The notes below the pieces were generated by a model, which ran no database searches, was not told the DNA's origin, and saw nothing but the letters and a program-made list of their open reading frames with translations. A stretch of 64,000 nt of DNA from Chlorokybus atmophyticus. Taxonomy: Eukaryota > Plantae > Mesostigma and Chlorokybus algae. Shown here in pieces: positions 50,873 through 62,759 of this stretch. Made by a program: the position numbers and the translations under genes. The DNA lies in NCBI GenBank assembly GCA_009103225.1, contig RHPI01000638.1, forward strand, positions 434,001 to 498,000, read 5' to 3'. Position 1 is the stretch's first letter; the number at the start of each line of letters is the position of its first letter.

Positions 50873-51706
50873 GCAACTACGCACGGTTGACACATACTTT
50901 ATCAAACTCTCCTACTCATTAAAGCCGTTCAAGAAAAATTCACAATTGTGGTATTTTGTAATCCAAGACAGCAATAACTAAAACTTCATGGGGAAAACCT
51001 TGCAAATAAAAACACTTGATTCATATACTCAAATCATAATTTATACGTTATGCACCATAGGGGGCCTTTGCCTTATCATGATAAAGGCTCATGTGATTTG
51101 TTGGTGTGCATCCTTCAAATTCCTACTTGCTCATTATACCCACCGTGTGACATAGAAATCATCTCACCTCATTTACAATGCATTCGTGTATGCCCTGATA
51201 GTTCTCATGCACACAAACTTCACAATGTGATACACAACCTCTATCCCCCGCCCAAGTTGTGTTCACTTCTTAGCATGATGTTGCTACCTTTTATGAAACA
51301 CAACCTTGACAGATATGCTTGCCGGCCCCTAGCCTCAGCTCCATCAATGCGGAACCACTAAATATGGGCAGCTGTGCTACGAGATAACACAGTGAAGTTT
51401 GCAATGGCTTACGCACATGATAATGCTTACATATGCAATGCTAGTGCAAGACAGATCTTGGCATTGTAGTGCACAACAAAGGGAGAAACGCCACCCACAT
51501 GTCATACAAATCTTAATATGCTATCCCCTGCTACAGCCATGCAGCGCTGGACTAGGCAAAAGGGCAATCATTGGTTTGGCAATTAACATTGTTCTAAGAT
51601 AGCAGCAACATAGTAATTAGCACTAGCGGCGACAAAACTTCTCTAGGCACCTTCCCTCGCTGATGTGGCGACAAGAGCGCGACAACAGAACAGGGTATTT
51701 GCTGTC

Positions 51707-52585
51707 TCAGCTGACAGTAGCAAGAATGTCCTCAGCCTTCACCATCACATATTGCGCGTCATCATCCAGCGCAACCTGCACAGACCAGCAGTGAGAACCT
51801 CAGCATGAACCCCTTTACAGAACGCTACTGATGTGCAAAAGATCATGCGGCACAGCCAGAAGATTGAGCATACCTCTGAAGCGTGCAGTTGCGGCACCAG
51901 AATCTGCCATTGCACAGACAACAGGCAAGGTCAGTACAGCCAACAGATGATGTTCGTCAGACCAGCGGAGTTGACATATGGCAATGCATAAGCACCCGGA
52001 CAACAGGATATGACGCATCACGTACGACGTGTGTTTACGGTTGCTTACCTTTGAGCCGGGCTGAAACTCAGTGGTCTTGACGTCTTCGGCAATGGCCACG
52101 ACCTGCGTCATGCCAACGGCGACATCAACAGCCGGCAATGGCGGACTAAGTTGCTGATGGTGTGTCGACAAACGTGCGCGCGTCCCCTCCGTTGAAGCAA
52201 ACAGCAGTGCAATGCTCTAATGAGACTAACAAACCAGTCCGTGTATTAGTCATCCTCAAATTGTGGGGAGGGCGAGACGCACACACCAACGCACCTCGCC
52301 GAGCATGAAGCGCTGCATCTTGTTAATGGAGTCGCTGGGTAGAAGGACGCCGCCGGCGGTGGCGGCGGGCTGCTCGTCGATGCGCACCAGCACCCGCTGC
52401 GCGTTGGGCTTCACCTGCCCAGGAGACGCCTTTACCGACGGCGGCACAGCCGCCGTCACGGTCGTCCTCGCGGTGACGCGCGGTCTCCTGGCCACGGCAT
52501 GATGCATGACAGGCCTGCCGGAGAAGGAGGCAGAGAACGCCAAGGACACACCCGCCGCCGCCGCCGCCGCCGCCACCGACGCCAT
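51707..52585 (-). CDS. CPN10: Plastid single-domain co-chaperonin Cpn10 (GroES family)
   Basis: Ala/Ser/Arg-rich transit peptide, then VKPNAQRVLVRIDEQPAATAGGVLLP...GE|VVAIAEDV...FQPGSK|ILVPQLHASE|VALDDDAQYVMVKAEDILATVS*. Confidence 0.88.
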
Positions 52586-52726
52586 TGCCGCAGACTGCCC
52601 GCGTGTCGATGTTTCGCGAGTGACAGTCGCATTCACGAATCATGCACGGCAGCCTCGGAACCCGAAAACTGCCGGTACCCCGCCGCCCCAACCAGATTCA
52701 TAAACCTCCGGGTTTGGGATTGGGAT

Positions 52727-52734
52727 TAGGGTTT
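52727..52734 (-). promoter_or_regulatory. Telo-box (TAGGGTTT) in the CPN10/BBS2 divergent promoter
   Basis: Exact motif midway between the two ATGs. Confidence 0.4.
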
Positions 52735-52823
52735 GCTCGCACCTTGGCAGGAGTGTAGAGCAGCTGCTCGCCGCGATGGGTAGGTGCTGGAGCTGGTAGC
52801 GGGGGGGGGGGAGCGGCGGGTGT

Positions 52824-55800
52824 ATGGGGACGCTGCGGGGGGGCGCTGCCCCCTCCTTCCAGCTGCACTTGGGCGCAGCCATCGACAGGTGTGTTTGCTT
52901 CCCTCGCTGTCGTTGGCTGTGTTCACGCCCCGTTCCATTGTAACAACCGTTGCATTCGCATGCATTCTGGCTGCAATACAGCACCATGGTGTTTTGGTGC
53001 TAGCATTGGCTGCCTTCACCTCATATGTCAGCTGCTCACGGCTTAGTGTTGCCCAGTCGCAATTCTCACACAGACCCGCTGCACCGCACAGCCTGCACAG
53101 ATGACCAGCAGATAGCTCAGTCTTGCACGCAATGCACCCGCATGTCTTGTCTTTCATCGCACATAATCCTTAGCAGCTGTATGAAACACTTATAAATATA
53201 AATCATGAGTCAGCACTGCACATAAGGCGCAGTGCTGACTCAAGGTGCTGCTTACTGTGCGTTTGGGCCAATATAGCACCAGCCAGCGGCAATAGTGTGA
53301 GCTCGGGTACATGCCTAGCTTGTGCCGGGCAATCATAATAACTCCACTGCACAACAGCGGCAAGCTGATAACATCTACTTAATGTTGTCAGCAGCTGCCA
53401 TACAGCTGCTGAGCATCGCAGCTAATCACAACACGCACGCACGCAGATAGTTACATGGCAATGTGTATGCATTGCCATGTAGCTATCTGCGTCTGGTCGT
53501 GCGCTGGCAACCAGTCTCCAACTCCAACAAGTGGCACATTCTCTGCAGGGGCTCAGTGTGCGTGGGACTCTTCGATGGCGTGCGCCCGTCCCTGGCGGCG
53601 GCGACCACAGGAGGGCGGGTGCTCGTGCACTCCCCTCACCGCGCCGGCACTGGCACAGATGAAGACGGGGCCACCGGGGGCGCGGCCCTGCCGGACGGGA
53701 TATCATACCTCAACATGCAGAGGCCCGTGACAGCTCTCGCGGCCGGCGCAATGACGTCTACCACCACCGACGTAGGAGGCGGGAAGAAGGAGCTGCTTCT
53801 TGTTGGGGCCGCACAGGGCCTGCTCGCGTACGACGTGGTGCGCAACACCGACGCCTTCTACGTGGAGGTCCCCGACGGCGTGCGCGCGCTTGTGCACGGG
53901 CGCCCGGAAGGCAGCAAGCGGCCGCTGGCCATTGCGGGCGGGCGCTGCACCATCGCAGGCTTCGACGGGGGCGGGACCGAGCGCCTGTGGACGGTCACGG
54001 GAGACGATGTCACCTGCATGGCGCTGGCCGATGTGGACGGCAGTGGCTCTGGCGAGGAGCAGCTGCTGGTGGGGTCTGCCGACCGCGACATCCGCGCCTT
54101 CCGTGGCGAAGAGGTTGTCGCGGAGGTCGCCGAGGCCGCCCCAGCCACTGCGCTCTGTGGGATTCGCGGTGTTGGGGCGCCGAGGTGGGCTTACGCGCTG
54201 GAAGATGGCGCGGTTGGCCTGTATGAGGGCACCAACCGCGCCTGGCGAGTGCGTCGCGGCCGCCACACAGCCGCAGCCATCACCACGTTTGACGCGGACG
54301 GGGACGGCGTGCCCGAGGTCATTGTGGCATGGACGGGTGGGAGGCTAGAGGCGCGTTCGCAGCGCGATGGCACACTCGTCGCCCACATGGCCGATGACTT
54401 TGCGGACGCTGCCGCCCTCCTGCGTGCGGACTACCGCCTGGAGGGCCGCGAGTCCCTGCTCTGCTGTTCCACCCGAGGGGAGTTGCGTGCATATCCACCC
54501 GCTGCTCCGAACCGGGCTGTTGTTGCTGCCAGTACCTCTGCTGTTGAAGATCGAGAGGCCGCTTTTGCTGAGCTTGCCCAGAGGAAGCAGGTGGGTAGGC
54601 ATGCATAGTGCTGTCTACTGTTTGTAAGTGCCTGATGTTAGCACATTGAAACCTTGCATGCCTTCGCTTATATGCTAACCTGTCCAGTCGCCTGGCAGGA
54701 GTTGCTATATGAGCTGCAAAGCTTTGAGAACTCGGCACGCACAGGTGTCCCAGAGGCTCTGGCACCAGTGCAGGCGCAGGTTTGTGTTCTGTTGTGTGGT
54801 GTTGTAGTGGTTTCTGATTGAACAACATGCGTAGTACGATGTACATCGATGCATTGCTCTGCACCCACATCAGCCATTGCATACTGCAGGTGACTGTAAG
54901 CTTATCACGCACGGCCGGCTGCGAGCTTGTCGTGCAGGCTGGCGGCGCTGGTGCGAGTATTCGAGGCGCTATTGTTACCGCTGAAGGGCTGTTTGAAAAA
55001 GGCAACTGCATGTCGTTCCCTCGCTCGTCAGGTCCAGAGCTGCGCATCCCGCTTAACCCGCCTGCAGACATCTCCGCTGAGCTTCAAATTCAGGTATTGC
55101 TGGGGCTATCACTCTCAGTTGTGCAGTACTGCCAAATGCAAAAAGTGTGCCATAGCCTGCGGGCAGCTGACCGGTTGTGGTGTTGTATAGGTGTTTGTTG
55201 GTGCGGACTCGGGGTCTGTGTACGAGGTGATGGATCTGCAACTGAAGTTGCCAAAGTTTGCAATGTACAGCCCATTGAAGGTAGGGTGTGTATGTGTGCG
55301 TGCAACAGGCTGTGGTCAGCGCGTATGCTCTGCACTACCAAACCTTTGCAACAATGCCAACACGAAAATATGCATGGCAGGATGGCCAAGCACCGCAGTC
55401 CCCTGGTGTGACACTGCTTTGCCGAGAGCGAGCATCACGTGTGGCTGCGTGGGTAGCAACGGCTTTTGGTGTCCCAGAACCACAGGTAAGTCTCAAAGAA
55501 TTGTTGTTGCAAGTGTGGACTTGGATGTTGGTGGTGACACCACCGACAGGCGCAACCAGGAGAGCGTGTGGTGGCATCGTTCATGTCGCTGCGCGACAAG
55601 CGGCTCGTCACGGTATCGTCCACCCCCGACAGCATTGCCATCCAGACGGCGGACATTGCCCTGGCGGGCGATCTGGTGCAGGACCTTGCGGCGTATGCGG
55701 CCCGGGCGGGCTCCACATGGGCGGCATCATCAGCAATGTCCTCAGCGGTGGAGGTGCGCGCGGAGTTCCCGCAGGTGGCAGCCCACCTGTGCGCGGCAGC

Positions 55801-56182
55801 ATCGCGGGCAGAGGAGGCTCGCATGGGGCGGCTGGCGCAGCAGGCGGAACAGGCGGCGAGGGCGGCGGCACTCAAGTCACTGCTGCTGCGCGCGGAGGAT
55901 GCGAGGCAGCTTGTGGACGTGCCGCTCTTGCGCGGGGCGTGCGCGCACGTGGCCGGGCTCCACCGCGACGGCCTCCTCGGCCATGCCAAGGCGGATGTGC
56001 TGCACCGAGAGCTCATCGACGCCCTCAAGGAGCTCAACCAGCTCATCCAGCGGGCGGCGCGCCTGCGCGTGGGCGAGGCGCAAATCAAGATTGTGGCGGC
56101 CTGCCGCAATGCCGTGAAAGCCAACAACCTGCAGGCGTTGGCACGACTGGCGCAGCTCGGGGATGTGGCTTCTGCCAGATGA
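52824..56182 (+). CDS. BBS2: Bardet-Biedl syndrome 2 protein (BBSome subunit)
   Basis: PSFQLHLG|..VGLFDGVRPSLAAATTGGRVLVHSPH, LWTVTGDDV, LLVGSADRDIR, FDADGDGVPEVI, LRADYR, LPKFAMY and C-terminal LKELNQLIQRAARLRVG...CRNAVKANN. Confidence 0.93.
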
Positions 56183-57036
56183 CCGGCAGTGTACAACAGT
56201 TTGTATATACACCACTTACAACGCACTATTATGTTGTTCACGTGAAATGTATAGTTGGTATACTGTGAACTATCGAACCGGTGCAGGTCACTGTGTGGCC
56301 CTTGCTGTGTTCCCAACATACTTTGTTGCCGAGTGGCATGCCACTTGCTGTTGGTGCGATGAAGTATTCTGCAACACTTGGAGCGTAGTAATGGACCACC
56401 TGATATGCATTGAGTGTACCTCTGTTTGGCTGGTCGCATTAGCACACATGCTACGTAGGTAGGCAAGTAAGCACGCAGGCCAGTGCCCTCACGCAGGCCT
56501 TGCATGTCCGTGTACCAAGCAGTGATGTGTGAGCACCAGAACACGGCTTGTGTGTACAGCGCTTATCTGTACATGGCTTGTGACACTCGCATAGCATCTG
56601 AGCCATCTTATGCGTGATCTGGCAATGCATTTATCTAATGGCTGTGCATGGTGTACGTAGGGTGAGCCGCACGCTAACATACCAGGCGCGTGTTTGCGAA
56701 CATGTCTCTGTGACCAGTGACACAAGGGTGACAGCAATGGTGCATCTCGAAGCAGCCTCGCTTGATTGACTGATGTCCGGCCACCAGTGCTGGTTGCAGT
56801 GGCGCACAATGACAACAGGAAACAGAGTGCGCATCCAACATCAATTATGCACTGCAAAGACTTTGGGAACTTCTCAGCACAGCAACATGCACCATGTTCC
56901 CGCAGACAAGTGTAGTGCTGGCGAGGGTATATCTGTATGTACAACGCACACTTAACATCACTGTTTATAACTTATTGCTGCACTCTAATCACCGCATCTG
57001 TATGTACATGACAACGCTGGTGTGCTGTAGCAAGGG

Positions 57037-57483
57037 TCAGCGCAGCATGCGTGGTCCGCTGGCCTGCTGTGGTCCGTCGCCTATGCGCGGGTGGCGTGCG
57101 TTGCGCAGTGCGGCCTTCCACTCGGCGGATAGGTCTGCGCGGGCCTTGAGCACCTGCTCTGGCGTGCATGCCGCCAGAAGTCCCGGCTTGGCCTTGCGCA
57201 GCAGGTGGAGCACCTCCCGCCGCCTTGCCTCTCTGGACGCCATCTCACTCCTCTCCTCGCTGCTGCTGTCGCCTTCCTGAGAGCGAGGTAGGCGCGTGAG
57301 GACGAGGAGGTTGGCCCGCTCGCGCCACAGCGCCGTCACCTCAGCCAGCGTCGCTGCGCACTCTTCGCCGGCACTGGCCTGAGCAGGAGTAGTAGCTGTC
57401 CCCACTACCAGCAGCAGGGATAGCAATAAGACGACCCAAGCTTGCCGCCCCAAGGCTGCATGCGGCCGCACGCTCGGCGCCAT
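57037..57483 (-). CDS. Small secreted orphan protein (148 aa, single exon)
   Basis: Signal-peptide-like MAPSVRPHAALGRQAWVVLLLSLLLVVGTATTPAQASA followed by a helical body with two Cys. GC-rich codon usage. Confidence 0.6.
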   Translation of the reverse strand: MAPSVRPHAALGRQAWVVLLLSLLLVVGTATTPAQASAGEECAATLAEVTALWRERANLLVLTRLPRSQEGDSSSEERSEMASREARRREVLHLLRKAKPGLLAACTPEQVLKARADLSAEWKAALRNARHPRIGDGPQQASGPRMLR

Positions 57484-58910
57484 GTCTGTCTTGTCGTCGT
57501 CAACCACAACGCTGGCGCATGCACGCGCCGACGCCCTCGCCCTTGCCGTCCGCCTCATCCACCGCTTGGATCGCCTTAGAATTCATTCATGACGGCATGG
57601 ACGCTTCCAGGTCGCATTCAACCATTTTGCCAAATTAGGCATAGGGGAACTTGGAGCAGACGGCTGGCGGAACTGCACGTGATGACGCGACTGATCACGC
57701 CGCTGTCCTCAGTCAACCAATAGGAATTGGCCACGCACATGCTTGGCGGCAGCAGGTACCTACCCAACCAAAGCAAATACATACAGGTTGCGTTAGATGG
57801 CTTCGATGGCTTGAACAGATTGGGTTGTCGGGGGGGGGCCTTTATACGCACAGCTCTTTGATTTGTTTTGTTATTTACAATGTTAAATGAAAATCCTAAT
57901 ATACCAATCATTACACTTCAGGAATGTTGATTCGCTGAAGCATCTAAAAAGGAGGCATGAATCTACATAACTATATCAGCGCACATTTGTGCACACGCGC
58001 GCGCATATGTGTGTACGTGTACGGTGACGAGAAAACCTGCTCGCAAAATCACCCCACATCATAAGCTCGTTTTGCCAATAAAAGGTTCCAATGGGCTTTA
58101 GCCCATCATGTAAAGGGGGGGGGGGGGGGGGNNNNNNNNNNNNNNNNNNNNNNNNNNNNNNNNNNNNNNNNNNNNNNNNNNNNNNNNNNNNNNNNNNNNN
58201 NNNNNNNNNNNNNNNNNNNNNNNNNNNNNNNNNNNNNNNNNNNNNNNNNNNNNNNNNNNNNNNNNNNNNNNNNNNNNNNNNNNNNNNNNNNNNNNNNNNN
58301 NNNNNNNNNNNNNNNNNNNNNNNNNNNNNNNNNNNNNNNNNNNNNNNNNNNNNNNNNNNNNNNNNNNNNNNNNNNNNNNNNNNNNNNNNNNNNNNNNNNN
58401 NNNNNNNNNNNNNNNNNNNNNNNNNNNNNNNNNNNNNNNNNNNNNNNNNNNNNNNNNNNNNNNNNNNNNNNNNNNNNNNNNNNNNNNNNNNNNNNNNNNN
58501 NNNNNNNNNNNNNNNNNNNNNNNNNNNNNNNNNNNNNNNNNNNNNNNNNNNNNNNNNNNNNNNNNNNNNNNNNNNNNNNNNNGGAGGGGGGGGGGATATA
58601 TACAAGCTTGGCAAGCTTGTATGTCACAGACCCTATGCTGCAACCACACCACCACACGCCATACATGTGCATAGCGTGTGGTAGCGTTGTGTACACTCGA
58701 CACACTCAACGGTTGGGGCGAGCCGCATCGCAATGGCACATCGCTTCGTCGCAAAATGTTTCCCCTGCCGGCCGATTAAATGTTGGCAACGGCCGTGCAC
58801 CTGAAGATACTTATGTAGCCTGTCGTGGTTCAGTCCACTCGTAATCTCGATACAGGGACCCGACTATACCTTCCGTTACTTTAAGGCCCTTCGCGTTACG
58901 ATTCAGTCTT

Positions 58911-59150
58911 TAACAGTTGATTATGCTTAATTAACAGGCACCTGTCAATTACTTATCAAGCCATAACAGGTGACTATACCTAATTAACGGGCACCTGTGA
59001 GTTACACACTAGGCCTTAACAGGTGACTATACATAATTGACAGGCACTTGCGAGTTACACATCACTCTAACTTCATTGACTCAGCCTATGTGACAGGCAC
59101 CTGCAGAGTACACACCAGTCCAGCGCAGGCAATTGAGCCTAATTCACAAA
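58911..59150. repeat. Degenerate ~53-bp tandem array of hairpin units (4 clear copies plus 1 decayed)
   Basis: Units start at 58911, 58964, 59017 and 59068. Consensus is TAACAGGTGACTATACCTAATTAACAGGCACCTGTGAGTTACAC plus a variable ~9-11 nt linker, with an internal ACAGGTG/CACCTGT inverted repeat. Confidence 0.85.
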
Positions 59151-60067
59151 CACCAACTAGGTAATTGTCGACAAGATAAGGCATTCTTCAAGCAACTGAA
59201 GGTGACTGATGCCTATTTGTCGTTGTATATGTATTTGCATAGCATGACGACACACGACTGTCACTGACTGCTAGCATTGTGTGCATGTGCTGTGTACAGG
59301 TACTTGAGGTGTGTACAATGTCTCTCAGTTACTTGCCAAGGCTTGTAGTTCGATGATTATGTGACTTGAACGCCTGCAGCTCTGTTGTATATCGTAGGGA
59401 TGCAAGTTTTAGGGTTAAGGTTACGGTTAGTTCTCACAGTTGAGCAAGAAGCAATGTGCACAGTGTATCCAGGACGCATGAATTTAGTTATTGTGCCAGT
59501 CATGAAAGAAGTAAGCATCAAAGTTTGATGTTGAGGTATAAGCATGTGCACCGTGCATCAAAAACGCATGCATTCTAGCTTGCCCTTGCGACTGCGGTGT
59601 CAGGTGGAGTTGTGATGGGCTGGGCGTTAGCACGGGGTTTTGCTGCAATTAGTTGGCAAAGAGTGGCTGCTGCGGGTTGGCGATGGTTGTCTGGTTGAAC
59701 ATCGGGGGCAATGTGGACTTGGGGCGCCGACCTCCACGACGAGGTGCACCTACAGATGGACCACGAGGCATCTCTCCAATTGATAGTCGGGTGCCACTTG
59801 CTTAGCTGATGGTGGCGCTGCCGTATCCGACGCTGCCGCCGTCAGCTGGCCCGCCCAAATGTACGAGGCGCAAAAACGAAAATGAGGCAGTTTTGAACGT
59901 CTGTGTCCCGCACTGAAGTCGCACTTGTAGTGCGTTCTCTCTCATGGTTGATAGTATGACTTATGCATTTGTACCATCTATGCTTTATACAACCAAGGGT
60001 AATGGCTTGGGCGTAACATATATCGTACAACAGAGGCATTTCTTGTCCAACCTCAGCCATTGGCGTA

Positions 60068-60109
60068 CAATGGCTCTGTCGTACTATCGATGGTACGACA
60101 GAGGCATTG
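60068..60109. repeat. 42-bp near-perfect palindrome, with a decayed copy 68 bp upstream
   Basis: caatggctctgtcgtactatcgatggtacgacagaggcattg has 2 mismatches against its reverse complement. The copy at 60002 shares atggct...cgta...gtacaacagaggcatt. Confidence 0.85.
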
Positions 60110-60350
60110 CTCGACCAGCTCAAATGGGAGTTAGCGTGCACTCACCCAAACAACTTCATTGATGGCCAGATGATGGCACGCCAGGGCATCAGGTCCATGA
60201 CGGGTCGAATGTCAGGCATAGTGGACCTTGGTTTGACTAGGCGACGGCGGCGGCGGCGGCGGCGGCGGCGTGGCACATCTTGCGAGAAGTAGTGGTCGTA
60301 AGAGAGTTCAAGCAGCAAGCCAGCCAATATGCGGCGCCACGTTTTAGATC

Positions 60351-62675
60351 ATGGCAGGCGTCAGCAATGGGGCTGTCCAACATGCATCACTAATATTGGA
60401 CAAACTGGCAGGCAAGCCATCAAGGACCATCATCACACAGAGAGCTGCTTGGTGGCTCGCTATCTGCAACAAGGAGTAGATCGGGAGCTGCAGTCCTTGT
60501 AGCCCCTTGTCAAAACCATGCGGGACCAATTGCGACTGTGGGAACAAGCACAAAGGAATGCAGAGGTACGCTCAACAGTCACATGCATTTTTTGCAAGAG
60601 CAATGCTTTTTTGGGCACAGTCCATGTGATACATGTAGCGTGGCTGCAGGCCTCCACCATTCACCCATACCCACCCCACAGTCAAGCCGACATTTCGAAA
60701 GCCAGAGCAGATAGACAGAGCTGGGCGGCGGTATACTGTTGTCAATCTCGCTGTGCACATAACTGCATGCACCTCCAATGCATGCCTACCTTCAAGGTTT
60801 GCATGCTAGGATGTGCGTGAGCGTGCAAAGTCGCGCGCGCGTGCCAAACGAAGTAGGCTGGGTTTGAGCACAGGAGCGCGTGGCCATTCGTCCGCATTCA
60901 ACCAGTAGTGCATCAATCAGCAATAACGCAGTCCATGCAATCATGTGTGCATCAACCAGCAATGCCGCAGGTGACTGTTCGAAGCAACTAACTGATAACG
61001 GTGTGACGCAGTTAACGATTGCAATTGCAGAGTCGCAAGCATGCAGCTAACCCATATGTGATTGGTAGACAGCACCACAATGCACCAAGTCCTGTTAGAG
61101 CTCATATGCAAGCCTGGATTTAATCCTATCAACTAGTCCTTCAATCTCAATTGCTAATGGGCGCGGCGGCAATGCGGCATCAGTTTAACATGTTGGCCTT
61201 TCTAATCCCGACATGTCTATTGGGGCAGTGGCGCATCCTATGCCAATAGCTCACGAGCTCCGTGACGAGTCTGCGATTGAAGGTGGCGGGGAGAGTGCAC
61301 CCAATAACACCTTGTCTGCCCCCATGGCTTCCCCCGCTCCAAGCAGCCCACGGGCAATTGAGGTACGTCGCTGTCTTTTATAATTGTGCCTTGGTAACAA
61401 TGCGTCAGCACATGCATAAGCTTATATTCGTCTTTGCAACATTGTGAGCCATCTTATCCTAAGTCCTTTATATAGCCCCCCTTTCTGCACGCACAAGTGG
61501 TCTCACTTGCCGCACCTGCTCCCCTCGCAGCCAGTGCATCCACCTTCAGCGGCACCAGTTTTCATGCATTGCCGTCTCCTCCACGAGCAGCACCGATGAT
61601 TGTGGGGCAACAATTCTTCTTGCCGCAACCGGCGAGCCCATAGCACAATGCAACAACTGATGTGGCTTGTGCACCTACCTTACCCCACGCGCTGCAAGTC
61701 GCAGCCGGCAATCTGCCCCAAGCTCAGGTACTTTTATCAGTCATTGTGACTTTTGCCGTCGACAGTTGAACACACCATTTGAGTGCTGTATGCGCATGTA
61801 GGGGTCACCACCTGCCAGCGAGTCATCAGAGGAGCTGGCCGCAACCCGCGTACAGCCATCAGTCATGCTAGGTGGCCAGCTCGCCTCATGGGACCACTTC
61901 AGTGCTCTTACGGATGGTAATTGCTTCTACCATTCTGTGTTTTGCGCCAGGCCATCTGTAGCGCAAAGTGTCTTGGATGATCACAAGCATTCCAGCTCGT
62001 GCGGGTTTTAAGCCATGCTGGACACTATGAACGACGACGGCAGGGGGGACACTCTCCGCCAAATCATCGCCCGCTGTCGATACAGATGTGGCGAGCAGAA
62101 TCCTAGACTTCTGCAAAGCCCCTGGTGTCGCGGGAGAGATGGCGTAGTATTACGCCAAACTGCTTGCAACCATGTTGGCTGTTGTTAATTGCAACATTGA
62201 CATAGCCATGGCTAAGGTGCAACAAATTGTGCGGAGAAAAGCAGTATACGTGGAGCACCTGCAAATGACCATGTTTTTCAACAAGCTGGGCTTGTTGATT
62301 GGCTGCGGAACCGTTTAGCGTGAGCATGGGGAGTGGGTGCTACGGCCCGTCAGCGCAGTTTGGGTTGGAAATAATGAAGCCCCCAACTCAGTCCTCGTGG
62401 TGGGCACTGCTTCTGATGAGCTAGAAGCACACCTTTGGCTGCTCAAGCCTGCAAGCACCGAACAATGGTCGTGGCCTATGCATGAAGCGCCACCGAAGGT
62501 AATAGACTTAATCAGAGAGTATCAAAATGGCGTTGCCAATCCCCCTCTACCACCGGCTGCTCCCCAAGATGCTGCGCCAACGCCTCAGGCCTCGCCTTCG
62601 TGTGCTAGACAAGAAGTAGCCGACTGTTTTGCACCATCCTACCTCCCCTCAACCACAGCCACATGCTTGCAATAA
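60351..62675 (+). pseudogene. Intron-containing pseudogene with an OTU-like cysteine protease motif
   Basis: Exon-like blocks with GT/AG borders. ALTDGNCFYHSV at ~61904-61939 and LEAHLWLL downstream. In-frame TAG at 61641 and 62145, plus frameshifts. Confidence 0.5.
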
Positions 62676-62759
62676 CAATTCAGCACCCTCCCTTCCTGCC
62701 GCGGAGACTCACTTGCCACCGTACTCTGACCATCAGGAGGCATCTCCATTAAGAAGCAA

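Noticed and set aside
19258-58582. ORFs spanning the N runs at 19258-19417, 29866-30000, 35801-35821 and 58132-58582
   Set aside because: Artefacts of translating through assembly gaps.
58911-59150. CRISPR array or integron attC cassette array
   Set aside because: Linkers are only ~10 nt, repeats are degenerate, no cas or integrase gene is present and the context is eukaryotic. Kept only as an unexplained repeat array.
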